Of a stretch of DNA of 32,000 nt, positions 16,426-24,547 are shown in pieces (the first letter of the stretch is position 1; the number at the start of each line of letters is the position of its first letter). The notes under the pieces are model-generated. The model was given only the letters and a program-made list of their open reading frames with translations, made no database searches and was not told the origin of the DNA. Made by a program: the position numbers and the translations under genes. The DNA is from Candidatus Iainarchaeum sp. (GTDB taxonomy: Archaea; Iainarchaeota; Iainarchaeia; Iainarchaeales; GCA-2688035). The stretch lies in the NCBI GenBank assembly GCA_028713935.1, contig JAQTNI010000008.1, forward strand, positions 1 to 32,000, read 5' to 3'.

Positions 16426-18603
16426 ATGAACAAGATGAACGAGGTTGTTTTGAAGGTTGAGGACCCTGACCCGAGCCATGTGGGCAGGAATATTGTAACA
16501 CTGGATATGCAGACAAAGCAATTGCTTGGCATTACTTCCGGGGATATTGTTGAATTGCAGGGCACAAAAAAAACAGCCGCGATTGTCTGGCCTGCAAGGC
16601 CTGAGGATGAAGGAAGGCAGATTGTCAGGATGGATTCTTACATAAGGCACAATGCGGGCGCTTCTTCAGGGGAAAAAGTCACTGTGCGCAGGGCAGATGT
16701 GAAAGAGGCAAAAAAAGTTGTTCTTGCCCCCACAGAAGAAATCCGGATTATTGCTTCCGGCTATGACAGGATTTTGAAAAAAAGCTTTTTGGGAAGGCCT
16801 CTTAATTCCGGAGACAGTGTTTGGGTCAGTGTTTTTGGCTCTGGAAGGGGATTTGTTTACAAGGTTGTTGAAACAAATCCAAGGGGCACAGTAAAAATTA
16901 CTGATTCAACTGATTTTATTTTAAAAGACAAGCCTGCCAAGGGAGAATTAGAGGGCTTGCCAAAGGTTGCTTATGAGGATATTGGCGGCCTTGAAGAGCA
17001 GGTCAGGAAAGTAAGGGAAATGATTGAATTGCCAATGAGGCATCCAGAGCTTTTCAGGAAACTTGGAATTGACCCTCCTAAAGGCGTGTTATTGTATGGG
17101 CCTCCAGGCACAGGCAAGACAATGCTTGCAAAGGCTGTTGCAAATGAAACAAATGCGCATTTTATTTCAATTAATGCGCCTGCAATTATGTCAAAATTTG
17201 TCGGAGAGGCAGAGGAAAGAGTCAGGCAATTGTTCAAGGAAGCAGAGGAAAATGCCCCGAGCATTATTTTTATTGATGAAATTGATGCCATTGCGCCCAA
17301 GCGCGAAGAAGTTTTTGGTGAAGTTGAAAGGCGCGTTGTGGCGCAAATCCTCGCATTGATGGATGGGCTTGAGGCAAGGGGAGGAGTAATTGTAATTGCA
17401 GCTACAAACAGGGTTAATTCAATTGATGAGGCTTTGAGAAGGCCTGGAAGGTTTGACAGGGAAATAGAATTTCCTGTTCCTGACAAAAAATCAAGGAAAC
17501 AGATTTTGCAGATTCACACAAGGGGAATGCCTCTTGCAAAGGACGTTGACCTGGATTATTTTGCAAACATTACCCATGGTTTTGTAGGGGCTGATTTGTC
17601 TGCCTTGTCAAAAGAAGCTGCCATGAAGGCTTTGCGCAGGTATTTGCCAAAAATCAATCTTGAAGAGGAAACAATCCCTCAAGAAGTTTTGGAAACCTTG
17701 GAGGTTAATCATAATGATTTTTTGCTTGGTCTGAAAGATGTGCAGCCAAGCGCTTTGAGGGAGGTTACTGTTGAAATTCCAAATGTCAAATGGAGTGACA
17801 TTGGCGGCCTTGAAAGTGTAAAGGATGAATTGAAGCAGGTTGTTGAATGGCCATTGAAGCACCCTGATTCTTTCAAAAAAATGGGAATCAAGCCTCCGAA
17901 AGGCGTGTTGTTGTACGGCCCTCCCGGAACTGGAAAAACTTTGCTTGCAAAGGCTGTTGCAAATGAAAGCGAAGCGAATTTTATTTCAATCAAGGGGCCT
18001 GAGCTTTTGAGCATGTGGGTTGGCCAGAGCGAGCTTGGCATAAGAAAAATTTTTAAAAAAGCAAGGCAGGTTGCTCCTGTAATTGTTTTTTTTGACGAAA
18101 TTGATTCCATTGCAAGCACAAGGGGTTTTGCTGCTGACAGCGGTGTTACCCAGAGAGTTGTCAACCAGCTTCTTACTGAGCTTGACGGAGTTGAGGATTT
18201 GGTAAATGTTGTTTTTTTGGCTGCAACCAACAGGCCTGATTTGATTGACCCTGCATTGTTAAGGCCAGGCAGGATTGACAAGATAATCAAGGTTGAGGCT
18301 CCTGATGAAAAAACAAGGCTGGCTATTTTGAAGGTGCATACTTCAGGAGTAAAGCTTGCCAAAAGCGTTGATCTGAATGAATTGGCAAAAAAGACAGAGA
18401 ATTTTACTGGTGCCGATATTGAAGGGTTGGTGAGAGAGGCTGCGCTTTCTGTCCTGAAGGAAAACAAAATGGAACCGAAGCCGATTGAAAAAAGGCATTT
18501 TGATGAAATAATTTCAAAAATAAGGGGCAGCATTACAAAGGAAAAAGAAAAGGTTTATGATGAATTTGAAGAGAATGTCGGAAGCATCAGTTATGTCGGC
18601 TGA
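16426..18603 (+). CDS. cdc48: Cdc48/VCP-like AAA+ ATPase (two AAA domains plus N domain)
   Basis: There are two Walker A motifs ([30 protein letters not shown]), two Walker B motifs ([17 protein letters not shown]) and a CDC48-type N domain ([16 protein letters not shown]). The ATG is at 16426. Confidence 0.93.
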   Translation: MNKMNEVVLKVEDPDPSHVGRNIVTLDMQTKQLLGITSGDIVELQGTKKTAAIVWPARPEDEGRQIVRMDSYIRHNAGASSGEKVTVRRADVKEAKKVVLAPTEEIRIIASGYDRILKKSFLGRPLNSGDSVWVSVFGSGRGFVYKVVETNPRGTVKITDSTDFILKDKPAKGELEGLPKVAYEDIGGLEEQVRKVREMIELPMRHPELFRKLGIDPPKGVLLYGPPGTGKTMLAKAVANETNAHFISINAPAIMSKFVGEAEERVRQLFKEAEENAPSIIFIDEIDAIAPKREEVFGEVERRVVAQILALMDGLEARGGVIVIAATNRVNSIDEALRRPGRFDREIEFPVPDKKSRKQILQIHTRGMPLAKDVDLDYFANITHGFVGADLSALSKEAAMKALRRYLPKINLEEETIPQEVLETLEVNHNDFLLGLKDVQPSALREVTVEIPNVKWSDIGGLESVKDELKQVVEWPLKHPDSFKKMGIKPPKGVLLYGPPGTGKTLLAKAVANESEANFISIKGPELLSMWVGQSELGIRKIFKKARQVAPVIVFFDEIDSIASTRGFAADSGVTQRVVNQLLTELDGVEDLVNVVFLAATNRPDLIDPALLRPGRIDKIIKVEAPDEKTRLAILKVHTSGVKLAKSVDLNELAKKTENFTGADIEGLVREAALSVLKENKMEPKPIEKRHFDEIISKIRGSITKEKEKVYDEFEENVGSISYVG

Positions 18604-18642
18604 CTGCTGATTTAAATTTGCAATTCAATGCTTTTTTTTTAA

Positions 18643-19230
18643 TCAGCCCAGCACTGGAAAAAATAAGATTGCGCCAAGCGGAAAAAAGCATGCCGCCCAA
18701 ATCAAGGGGTTCCAGACAAGGACTTTGCTTCCGTCAAGCGGCGGGATTGGCAGCAAATTGAAAAATCCAAGCCAGAGGTTTATCAGTATTCCGTATCTTG
18801 CAATTTCAATTGTCATTGGGTTTGCTGACAAAACCAGGATTAATGCGAAAACAATTCCAATTGCAATATTTGTAAGCGGCCCTGCAATTGAAATTATTCC
18901 GTTTTGCCGCCTGTCAATGTTTTCCCCTTCAATGTAAACAGCGCCCATTGCCGCAAAAATAAATCCAAAAAAAGAGGATATTAATGCAAATATTAACCCA
19001 AAATTCCAGACCCTGTATTCTGCATGTGCCCCGAAATGCTTTGCGACCTGCCTGTGGGCCAGTTCATGCAGTATGAAGCCGGCGCCTACTGCAATCATGC
19101 TTGTTGCAAGGGCGAATGAAAAATCATTGAAATTCCCGATATTCAGAAAATCCCTGCCGAGCAGTATTGCAAAGGCAACGCTGATTGTTATGTAGGAAAT
19201 GAATAAATCTCGGAATTCTGTTTTGTTCAT
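18643..19230 (-). CDS. M50 family site-2 protease-like membrane metalloprotease
   Basis: An HELAH zinc motif sits in a TM context, and the second conserved motif is FNLLPIPPLDGSKV. The protein is multi-pass. The ATG is at 19230; the ORF-track TTG is at 19266. Confidence 0.8.
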   Translation of the reverse strand: MNKTEFRDLFISYITISVAFAILLGRDFLNIGNFNDFSFALATSMIAVGAGFILHELAHRQVAKHFGAHAEYRVWNFGLIFALISSFFGFIFAAMGAVYIEGENIDRRQNGIISIAGPLTNIAIGIVFALILVLSANPMTIEIARYGILINLWLGFFNLLPIPPLDGSKVLVWNPLIWAACFFPLGAILFFPVLG

Positions 19231-19334
19231 AAAAAATTTTTTCTGGAAAACAATTAAAAAAGCCAATTGTTCAATGTTCGTTTTTTGCCGAATTGGGGCA
19301 ATGTTTTTTAAATTCTCTTTATGCGATTTGGTTT

Positions 19335-19514
19335 ATGAAGAGATTTTTTTTGCAGGAAAAAGCGCAGATTTCAATTGAAATGATAATTGTTTTGGCTGCT
19401 GTGGTTGCCCTTGTTTTGCTTTTTGTTTCCCAGTTGAGGCAGACAAGCGAGCAGGGAACAAAGGCAATTGATGACAAGACCAAAAAGATTTTTGACGAAA
19501 TAGGCAAGATTTGA
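19335..19514 (+). CDS. Class III signal peptide protein (archaeal type IV pilin-like, QISIE type)
   Basis: The N-terminus MKRFFLQEKAQISIEMIIVLAAVVALVLL has a short basic n-region, then A/Q, then a hydrophobic helix, as in methanogen-type pilins. The ATG is at 19335. Confidence 0.7.
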   Translation: MKRFFLQEKAQISIEMIIVLAAVVALVLLFVSQLRQTSEQGTKAIDDKTKKIFDEIGKI

Positions 19515-19939
19515 AGGTTTTGGTTTTGCACAGTGCACAGGTTTCCTTGGAGTTTCTGCTTGTCTTGCTTGGCTTTGCAGCTGTTTTTGCTGCCTTGCTT
19601 CCTTTTTATGTGGTGGCATACAATGCGGGTGTTTTTGCGCTTGATTCAATGAATGCAAAAAGGTTTGTGAATTCAGTTGAGGGCGCTGTTTTGGAACTGG
19701 ATTCGCTTGGAAATGGTTCCAGCATTGCAATCTCAGCCAGCCCTTCGCTTAAATGGAAAATTTTTTCTGAAAAAAACGAGCTGTTTGTTTCTGTGCAGCC
19801 AGATTTTCAGGGCAAGGAAAAAACATTCAAGGCAATTTTTCCAGACAGCATTGGTTTTTTGGAATTGGAATTTGATTCAAAGAAGAGTTTTGCCCTGGAA
19901 AAAATAAATGGAAAAATTTTATTCAAAAACCTTGATTGA
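19511..19939 (+). CDS. Class III signal peptide protein (pilin-like)
   Basis: The N-terminus is KVLVLHSAQVSLEFLLVLLGFAAVFAALL. The TTG start at 19511 overlaps the previous stop. Confidence 0.6.
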   Translation: MKVLVLHSAQVSLEFLLVLLGFAAVFAALLPFYVVAYNAGVFALDSMNAKRFVNSVEGAVLELDSLGNGSSIAISASPSLKWKIFSEKNELFVSVQPDFQGKEKTFKAIFPDSIGFLELEFDSKKSFALEKINGKILFKNLD

Positions 19940-20284
19940 AATTCTTGTTTCCCCGCCTTCTGAACTAAAAAAATAAATTTCCGAGGCAATTGCTTTTTGA
20001 GTTTTGTTCCCGATTTGCAGGATTTTTCCGTCCAGGAAAATTTCCCCTCCCGCTTTGGGAAATGCGAATTCAAAGTCTTTTTGCATTTCTTCAGGGGCAA
20101 ATTTTTGCTGTTTTGCCCAGATTTTTAGCAAATCATTTTCTTTCTGGAAAACAAGGAGTTCATGCAAATCCTTTTTCTCCTGCGGCATCTGCATTAACAG
20201 GAATCCAGAGAGCAGAATCAGGCTCAGTGCAGCTTCAAGCGAAAAAACAAACGCTTTTTGCGCAGCCTTTTTCCCACGCTGCAA
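19919..20284 (-). CDS. Class III signal peptide protein (pilin-like)
   Basis: The ORF runs 19919..20359 from a TTG. An internal TTG at 20284 gives the canonical N-terminus (M)QRGKKAAQKAFVFSLEAALSLILLSGFLL. The start choice is uncertain. Confidence 0.5.
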   Translation of the reverse strand: MQRGKKAAQKAFVFSLEAALSLILLSGFLLMQMPQEKKDLHELLVFQKENDLLKIWAKQQKFAPEEMQKDFEFAFPKAGGEIFLDGKILQIGNKTQKAIASEIYFFSSEGGETRISIKVFE

Positions 20285-20355
20285 AGCTCTGCTTTGCGGC
20301 GCGTCGCAAACCTTTTGGTTTGCAACGAGGCTTTTTGCGCAGCAAAAAGGCTTGT

Positions 20356-20817
20356 TCAATTGCAGCCCACCACAACGATTTTTGAAATTTTGCCTTCAAC
20401 CAGCGCAATTCTTTCAACAGCGAGGCAGTTCTTTTTTTCTGAATTTTTTGAAAAAACAATTTTTTCGTCCGAACCACTGCCAGTTATTTTTACAAGCTTT
20501 ATTTCGAATTCCCTGTTTTCAAAGCCGGAAATTTTTTGCATTTTTTCAGGGCTGATTTCATTGCTTTTCACCCTGTGTTTTTCTTCATCGAAAAAAGCGC
20601 TTCCAAAGAGGGGGGTTTCTTCGTTGCTGTTTTTTACAAGGCTGTCTGCTGCAAAAACAGTGTTTTTCCATAATTCAAAATTTTTTTCTGCAAAAACTTT
20701 TTCCCGCACGTTTTGCGCTATTGCAGAAGTGACCAGGAAAAGCATGCAGATTGCCAGGGCAAAAGCAATCCCCGCGTCAAGGGAAAACACAAATCCCTGT
20801 TTACCTGTAATGTTCAC
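20356..20817 (-). CDS. Class III signal peptide protein (pilin-like)
   Basis: The N-terminus is (M)NITGKQGFVFSLDAGIAFALAICMLFLV. The GTG start at 20817 overlaps the upstream gene by 17 nt. Confidence 0.6.
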   Translation of the reverse strand: MNITGKQGFVFSLDAGIAFALAICMLFLVTSAIAQNVREKVFAEKNFELWKNTVFAADSLVKNSNEETPLFGSAFFDEEKHRVKSNEISPEKMQKISGFENREFEIKLVKITGSGSDEKIVFSKNSEKKNCLAVERIALVEGKISKIVVVGCN

Positions 20818-21166
20818 TTGTTTTCACTTCCAGAAAGCTTCTTCCGCCTGCCTGTGTTGTCTTAACCTGTTTTGCAATGCAAAAAGCGCTTTTTTCCTCC
20901 CCCTTAAAGAGGCTTTTTATTTCAAATTCCCTGCCTGCAAAGCAATTCACGCTTGTTTTTTTCAATGAGGTTTCAGTGCTTGAAAAAAGCGCATTTGCCA
21001 GCAATGCGCATTCCTGTGCATTTGCTTCTGCAATGGAAATGTTTTCAGCCTGCAGAAAGCCCTGTTTTTGCTTTTCCACTCCCGCAAGTGCAATGCCTAA
21101 AAAGCCGATAAGGAAAAGAAAGGCAAGTATTGCTTCAAAATGAATCTGGGCTTTTTTTCCCGTCAT
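20801..21166 (-). CDS. Class III signal peptide protein (pilin-like)
   Basis: The N-terminus is MTGKKAQIHFEAILAFLFLIGFLGIAL. There is an ATGA overlap with the upstream gene at 21163-21166. Confidence 0.6.
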   Translation of the reverse strand: MTGKKAQIHFEAILAFLFLIGFLGIALAGVEKQKQGFLQAENISIAEANAQECALLANALFSSTETSLKKTSVNCFAGREFEIKSLFKGEEKSAFCIAKQVKTTQAGGRSFLEVKTSEHYR

Positions 21167-21702
21167 TGCAATCCCGCTGCAAAGGCTTTTTGTGAATAGC
21201 CAATCGGCAATTCAAATGTTTTTTCAGAATTTTTGGATTCGATTTTTGCTTTCAAAAAAGCATCCTTGAAAATTCCGCCAGTGAAATTGTATTCCGCAAG
21301 AGCAATGTTTTCATAATTGACAACAAGGACTTTTGAATTCAGGTTCAGGAATTCTTCGGAAACAGGCCCGTTTTTCTGGAAAAAAACAATTGCAATTCCC
21401 CTGTTTGCGGCTTCTTTTTCAGCCTGCATGAAAAAAGAAACTAATTTTTCACTGGCTTTTTCCTTTATTTGTTCGGGATTCCTGTTTCCTTTTTCAAGCT
21501 CTGATTCCATTGTTTCCCTTATCAGAAAATCAATGTTTTCTTCAAGAACAGCCCTTTCCAAATCAAGCTTTTCAATTTCAAAGGCAATGCCTTTTGTTTC
21601 ATTGAAAATGATTGATTCTCCTGTTGAGCTTGCTGCAATAGCCGCAATAATCCCGACAAAGCCCAGTGCAATCAGGAAACAAAACAACCCTTTCTTGTTC
21701 AT
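21163..21702 (-). CDS. N-terminally anchored pilus-cluster protein
   Basis: The ATG at 21702 gives MNKKGLFCFLIALGFVGIIAAIAASS, followed by a soluble domain. It is the first gene of the four-gene minus-strand pilin string. Confidence 0.55.
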   Translation of the reverse strand: MNKKGLFCFLIALGFVGIIAAIAASSTGESIIFNETKGIAFEIEKLDLERAVLEENIDFLIRETMESELEKGNRNPEQIKEKASEKLVSFFMQAEKEAANRGIAIVFFQKNGPVSEEFLNLNSKVLVVNYENIALAEYNFTGGIFKDAFLKAKIESKNSEKTFELPIGYSQKAFAAGLQ

Positions 21703-21776
21703 TGCAAAAAAATGCGCTTGGGAAAAATTTAAAAAACAGTTTTTTTGTTCGCTGAAAAGCGAACTCCGCAAAAGAG

Positions 21777-22319
21777 CTATTTTTCCCTTGTTTTTGCAAT
21801 TAAAAAACCAATAAGGATTGACAATCCAACAATAACCACTGCAAGAACAACTATTTTTTCAAAAAGCAGTGAAGTTTGCTGTGCACCAACAATTGTTTCA
21901 TTAACCCCGGTGCTTATTGTACCAAGAATCTTGTCTCCTTCGCTTTGCAATGGCATGGCAGGCGGAAAAATTTGTGCCTGCCAGAATAATCCCAAAAAAG
22001 AATAAAGAGTGGCTGCAAGCCCGAGAATTCCTGCTGCAAGCACAATAAGAATGCTTTTTGGCTCTTCTCCGCAGAGAATTTTTTTTCCTTTTTTTGTAAG
22101 GCTGTAATATTTCCATTTCCTGCCTTCATCTGCCTGTTCCACAAGTCCTGCTTTTTCAAGGATTTCAAGGTGCTGTTTTATTGTTGGCGCAGCAAGGCTT
22201 GTTTTTTGTGCCAATTCGCTTAAAGTGTGGTTTCTTTGCTGCAATAATTTTATGAGGCCTGTCCTTGTTTCCGATGCAAGCGCCTTGAATTCACTGCCTG
22301 AAAGAGTAATAGAATCCAT
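21777..22319 (-). CDS. ArsR-type winged-helix regulator with C-terminal transmembrane segments
   Basis: The wHTH region is FKALASETRTGLIKLLQQRNHTLSELAQKTSLAAPTIKQHLEILEKAGLVEQ...YYSLTKKG. Two hydrophobic helices follow (ILIVLAAGILGLAATLYSFLGLF and VVLAVVIVGLSILIGFLIA). Confidence 0.75.
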   Translation of the reverse strand: MDSITLSGSEFKALASETRTGLIKLLQQRNHTLSELAQKTSLAAPTIKQHLEILEKAGLVEQADEGRKWKYYSLTKKGKKILCGEEPKSILIVLAAGILGLAATLYSFLGLFWQAQIFPPAMPLQSEGDKILGTISTGVNETIVGAQQTSLLFEKIVVLAVVIVGLSILIGFLIAKTREK

Positions 22320-22334
22320 AACAACCAGCTTCTT

Positions 22335-22616
22335 TTAAATTATAAAAAATACTATGAATACTGCAAAAAGAATCACTGCAACTGTCCTGTTGTAATACGC
22401 AATCAGGCCAAGCACTGCAGGCGCAATTATGAAGTAAATCGCGATTTCAGGGAATTTTGTGTAAACAAATGCCCCGAAAAAAGCGCCCAATGCAAACAAC
22501 AAAAACAAAAAAGCCACAAAAGTGCTTATTTGTGCGCTTAAATAATCCGCCAGCCCTGAAAAGCGCCTTTCAACCCAGTTCAAAGCATCTTCTTTCGGTT
22601 CAGGCTTGTCTGCCAT
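22335..22616 (-). CDS. Small hypothetical membrane protein
   Basis: This 93-aa ORF starts with ATG and has three hydrophobic helices. Confidence 0.5.
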   Translation of the reverse strand: MADKPEPKEDALNWVERRFSGLADYLSAQISTFVAFLFLLFALGAFFGAFVYTKFPEIAIYFIIAPAVLGLIAYYNRTVAVILFAVFIVFFII

Positions 22617-22669
22617 AAAAATCCCTTAAATAACTCCCTGTACGCGAAATTTAAAAATAATGCGCTTTC

Positions 22670-22915
22670 TTAAGGCAGCCGCTTTTCTATGCCCCTGAGC
22701 TTTTTTTCCCATTGTTTTTTTTCCTTTTTCATCCTGCCTATCTCGGCCCAAATTCTTTCAGGGCCGCCTTCCAAAACCCTTGTGATTTGCTCGTGAATGT
22801 CGGCTTCCAGGCTGCCAATCCTATCCAGAATTCTTTTTCTTTGTTCAGCCAGTTCAAAAGGCATTTGTAGTTGCCTTCTGTCGCCAGGTTTTCTGCGGGT
22901 TATTTGCTTCTGCAT
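22670..22915 (-). CDS. Small hypothetical charged/helical protein
   Basis: This 81-aa ORF starts with ATG and is tightly packed, 9 nt after the nfo stop. I recognised no family. Confidence 0.4.
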   Translation of the reverse strand: MQKQITRRKPGDRRQLQMPFELAEQRKRILDRIGSLEADIHEQITRVLEGGPERIWAEIGRMKKEKKQWEKKLRGIEKRLP

Positions 22916-22924
22916 TTTTTTACT

Positions 22925-23752
22925 TTATATTTTTTCAAAATATTTTTTCATCAGCAGTGCGTCTTCTTCAAGATTCGGGCTTTCGGAAATAATGCAGCCG
23001 GAAACATTTTTTTCCTTCAATGCTTCAAGAAGCCATTTGTAATTGAAGGAATTCCCTTTTTCCTCCATGTTCAAATGGTTTCTTTCGCCTTTTTCAGAAA
23101 AATTAATGCCCGAAGCATGCATCTGCAAATCATTCAAAAATTTTTTCGGGATTTCCTCAATTGCAATTTCAAAATCCCTTTCAGCCTTAAACCTGCAGTT
23201 TTCCCTTGCATGCAGATGCGAAAAATCAACCATTGGCTGCAGTTCCTTTAAGGCAGAGCACATTGCAATTGTTTCTTCCAAAGAACCAACCTGTGTTGGC
23301 TTTCCAGTTGTTTCCGGCGCAAGCGCAATTGCACATTTTTGCTTTTTCATTTCATCAATAATGCTTCCAATTTCCGAAATCACTTTTTCCAAAACTGTTT
23401 TTTTGTTTCCTCCCTGAAAAAAACCAGGGTGGAAAGTAACTATTTTTGCGCCTGCAATAGAGCCGATTTTTGCAGAATCCAGAATCCTTTTTTTGCTTGC
23501 TTCAAGCTTTTTTTTGTCAGAAGAATTCAGGTTAATAAAATAAGGCGCATGAACCCTGAGCAAAACATTGTTTTTTTCAGCAGCAATTTTCACCTGCCTT
23601 GCTGTTTCCTCGCCCATATGGACTCCGCGCACAAACTCCAATTCCATTGCATCAAGGCCAAGTTTCCTCACTCTTTCAATCCCGCTTACAGAATCACTGC
23701 CCTTTGAAGAATGAGGAATTCCCGCAGTTCCAAAAATGATTTTTGAAGCCAT
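22925..23752 (-). CDS. nfo: Endonuclease IV (AP endonuclease family 2, TIM barrel)
   Basis: The full series of metal-ligand contexts is present: HAPYFINL, TFHPGF, APETTGK, DFSHLHA, MHASG, ERNHLNM and IISESP. The ATG is at 23752, with an alternative GTG at 23761. Confidence 0.8.
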   Translation of the reverse strand: MASKIIFGTAGIPHSSKGSDSVSGIERVRKLGLDAMELEFVRGVHMGEETARQVKIAAEKNNVLLRVHAPYFINLNSSDKKKLEASKKRILDSAKIGSIAGAKIVTFHPGFFQGGNKKTVLEKVISEIGSIIDEMKKQKCAIALAPETTGKPTQVGSLEETIAMCSALKELQPMVDFSHLHARENCRFKAERDFEIAIEEIPKKFLNDLQMHASGINFSEKGERNHLNMEEKGNSFNYKWLLEALKEKNVSGCIISESPNLEEDALLMKKYFEKI

Positions 23753-23762
23753 TTTTTTCACT

Positions 23763-24170
23763 TCAGAGGGCTACAAGTTCTTTTGTTGTGAAAATTTTTA
23801 TTGTTTTTTGCTGTTTGAAATGCTTGTCATCAGACCAAATAGGCTTGTTAAGCTCTATTGCAAGCGCAATAAAAGGCACATCGTTTTTGTCAATTTTTTC
23901 CATTATCTGCAGCGCCTTCTCAATGGATTCTTTTGAAATTTCGCTTTCCGATTTTACTGCAATTTTTGAAAGCAGCCTGTGCATCAGCAGATTGAATTCC
24001 TGTTCATTGATTCCAGCTTTCTTTTTAATCAGTGCCTTATATTTCTCGGTTTCCTTGATTCCGAATTCTATTGTGTAAAGGGGGAATCTTCCGCCTAGAA
24101 TTATTTTCCTGCTTTCGCCATTTTTTACAAGCGCTGCAATTATCCTGTTGGTGTTTACAATCAAGTCCAT
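23763..24170 (-). CDS. PIN-family toxin-like protein (TA system toxin component type)
   Basis: MDLIVNTNRIIAALVK...KNDVPFIALAIELNKPIWSDDKHF...TTKEL matches the PIN toxin-component pattern. However, the first motif reads VNTN rather than the usual vDTN. Confidence 0.6.
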   Translation of the reverse strand: MDLIVNTNRIIAALVKNGESRKIILGGRFPLYTIEFGIKETEKYKALIKKKAGINEQEFNLLMHRLLSKIAVKSESEISKESIEKALQIMEKIDKNDVPFIALAIELNKPIWSDDKHFKQQKTIKIFTTKELVAL

Positions 24171-24391
24171 TTTCCGAACCTTTTTTCAAAGCGCTTCCTG
24201 ATTTCAGCTTTTATTTTGTGCCCGATTTCTTCAGCGTCCTCTTCTGAAAGCCTGCTTTCTTTGAGGATTTTATCCATTATTTCAAGCTCTTTAACGCGCT
24301 CTTCAAAGGTTTCACGCGCAATGCTGCTCCAGCGAATTTCAGAATGCTTTGCCATTTTCTCCTGCAGTTCATCAGGAATGGCCAGAGTCAT
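24161..24391 (-). CDS. Putative antitoxin (small, RHH/CopG-like N-terminus)
   Basis: The ATG at 24391 gives MTLAIPDELQEKMAKHSEIRWSSIARETFEERV. The protein is 76 aa and overlaps the PIN gene by 10 nt, a classic TA layout. Confidence 0.55.
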   Translation of the reverse strand: MTLAIPDELQEKMAKHSEIRWSSIARETFEERVKELEIMDKILKESRLSEEDAEEIGHKIKAEIRKRFEKRFGKWT

Positions 24392-24418
24392 GTTGCCCAA
24401 AACAATCACCAAAATAAT

Positions 24419-24434
24419 TATGTGAAAACACATA
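24419..24434 (-). promoter_or_regulatory. Palindrome TATGTG-AAAA-CACATA overlapping a TTTAAATA box upstream of the antitoxin gene (candidate operator)
   Basis: I read it directly: 6-bp perfect arms lie 28 nt upstream of the ATG at 24391. An adjacent AT-rich TATA-like box is on the minus strand. Confidence 0.35.
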
Positions 24435-24547
24435 TTTAAACATATTGCTTTTTTTCTTTGCGCATGGCAAAACGCCTGAAGCCCTTTTTGCCCCTGTTAT
24501 TTGTTTCAGGAAAAAATTTTAACTGATTGCTTTATAGTATTTTTTGC

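Noticed and set aside
24392-24547. The intergenic region upstream of orc1/cdc6, examined as a possible replication origin (ORB or mini-ORB repeats flanking an AT-rich unwinding element).
   Set aside because: It is only about 155 nt. I found no repeated ORB-like element, only a single TTTCAGGAAA-like sequence and the TA-promoter palindrome. An origin may lie elsewhere, and the question needs a genome-wide GC-skew and ORB motif search.
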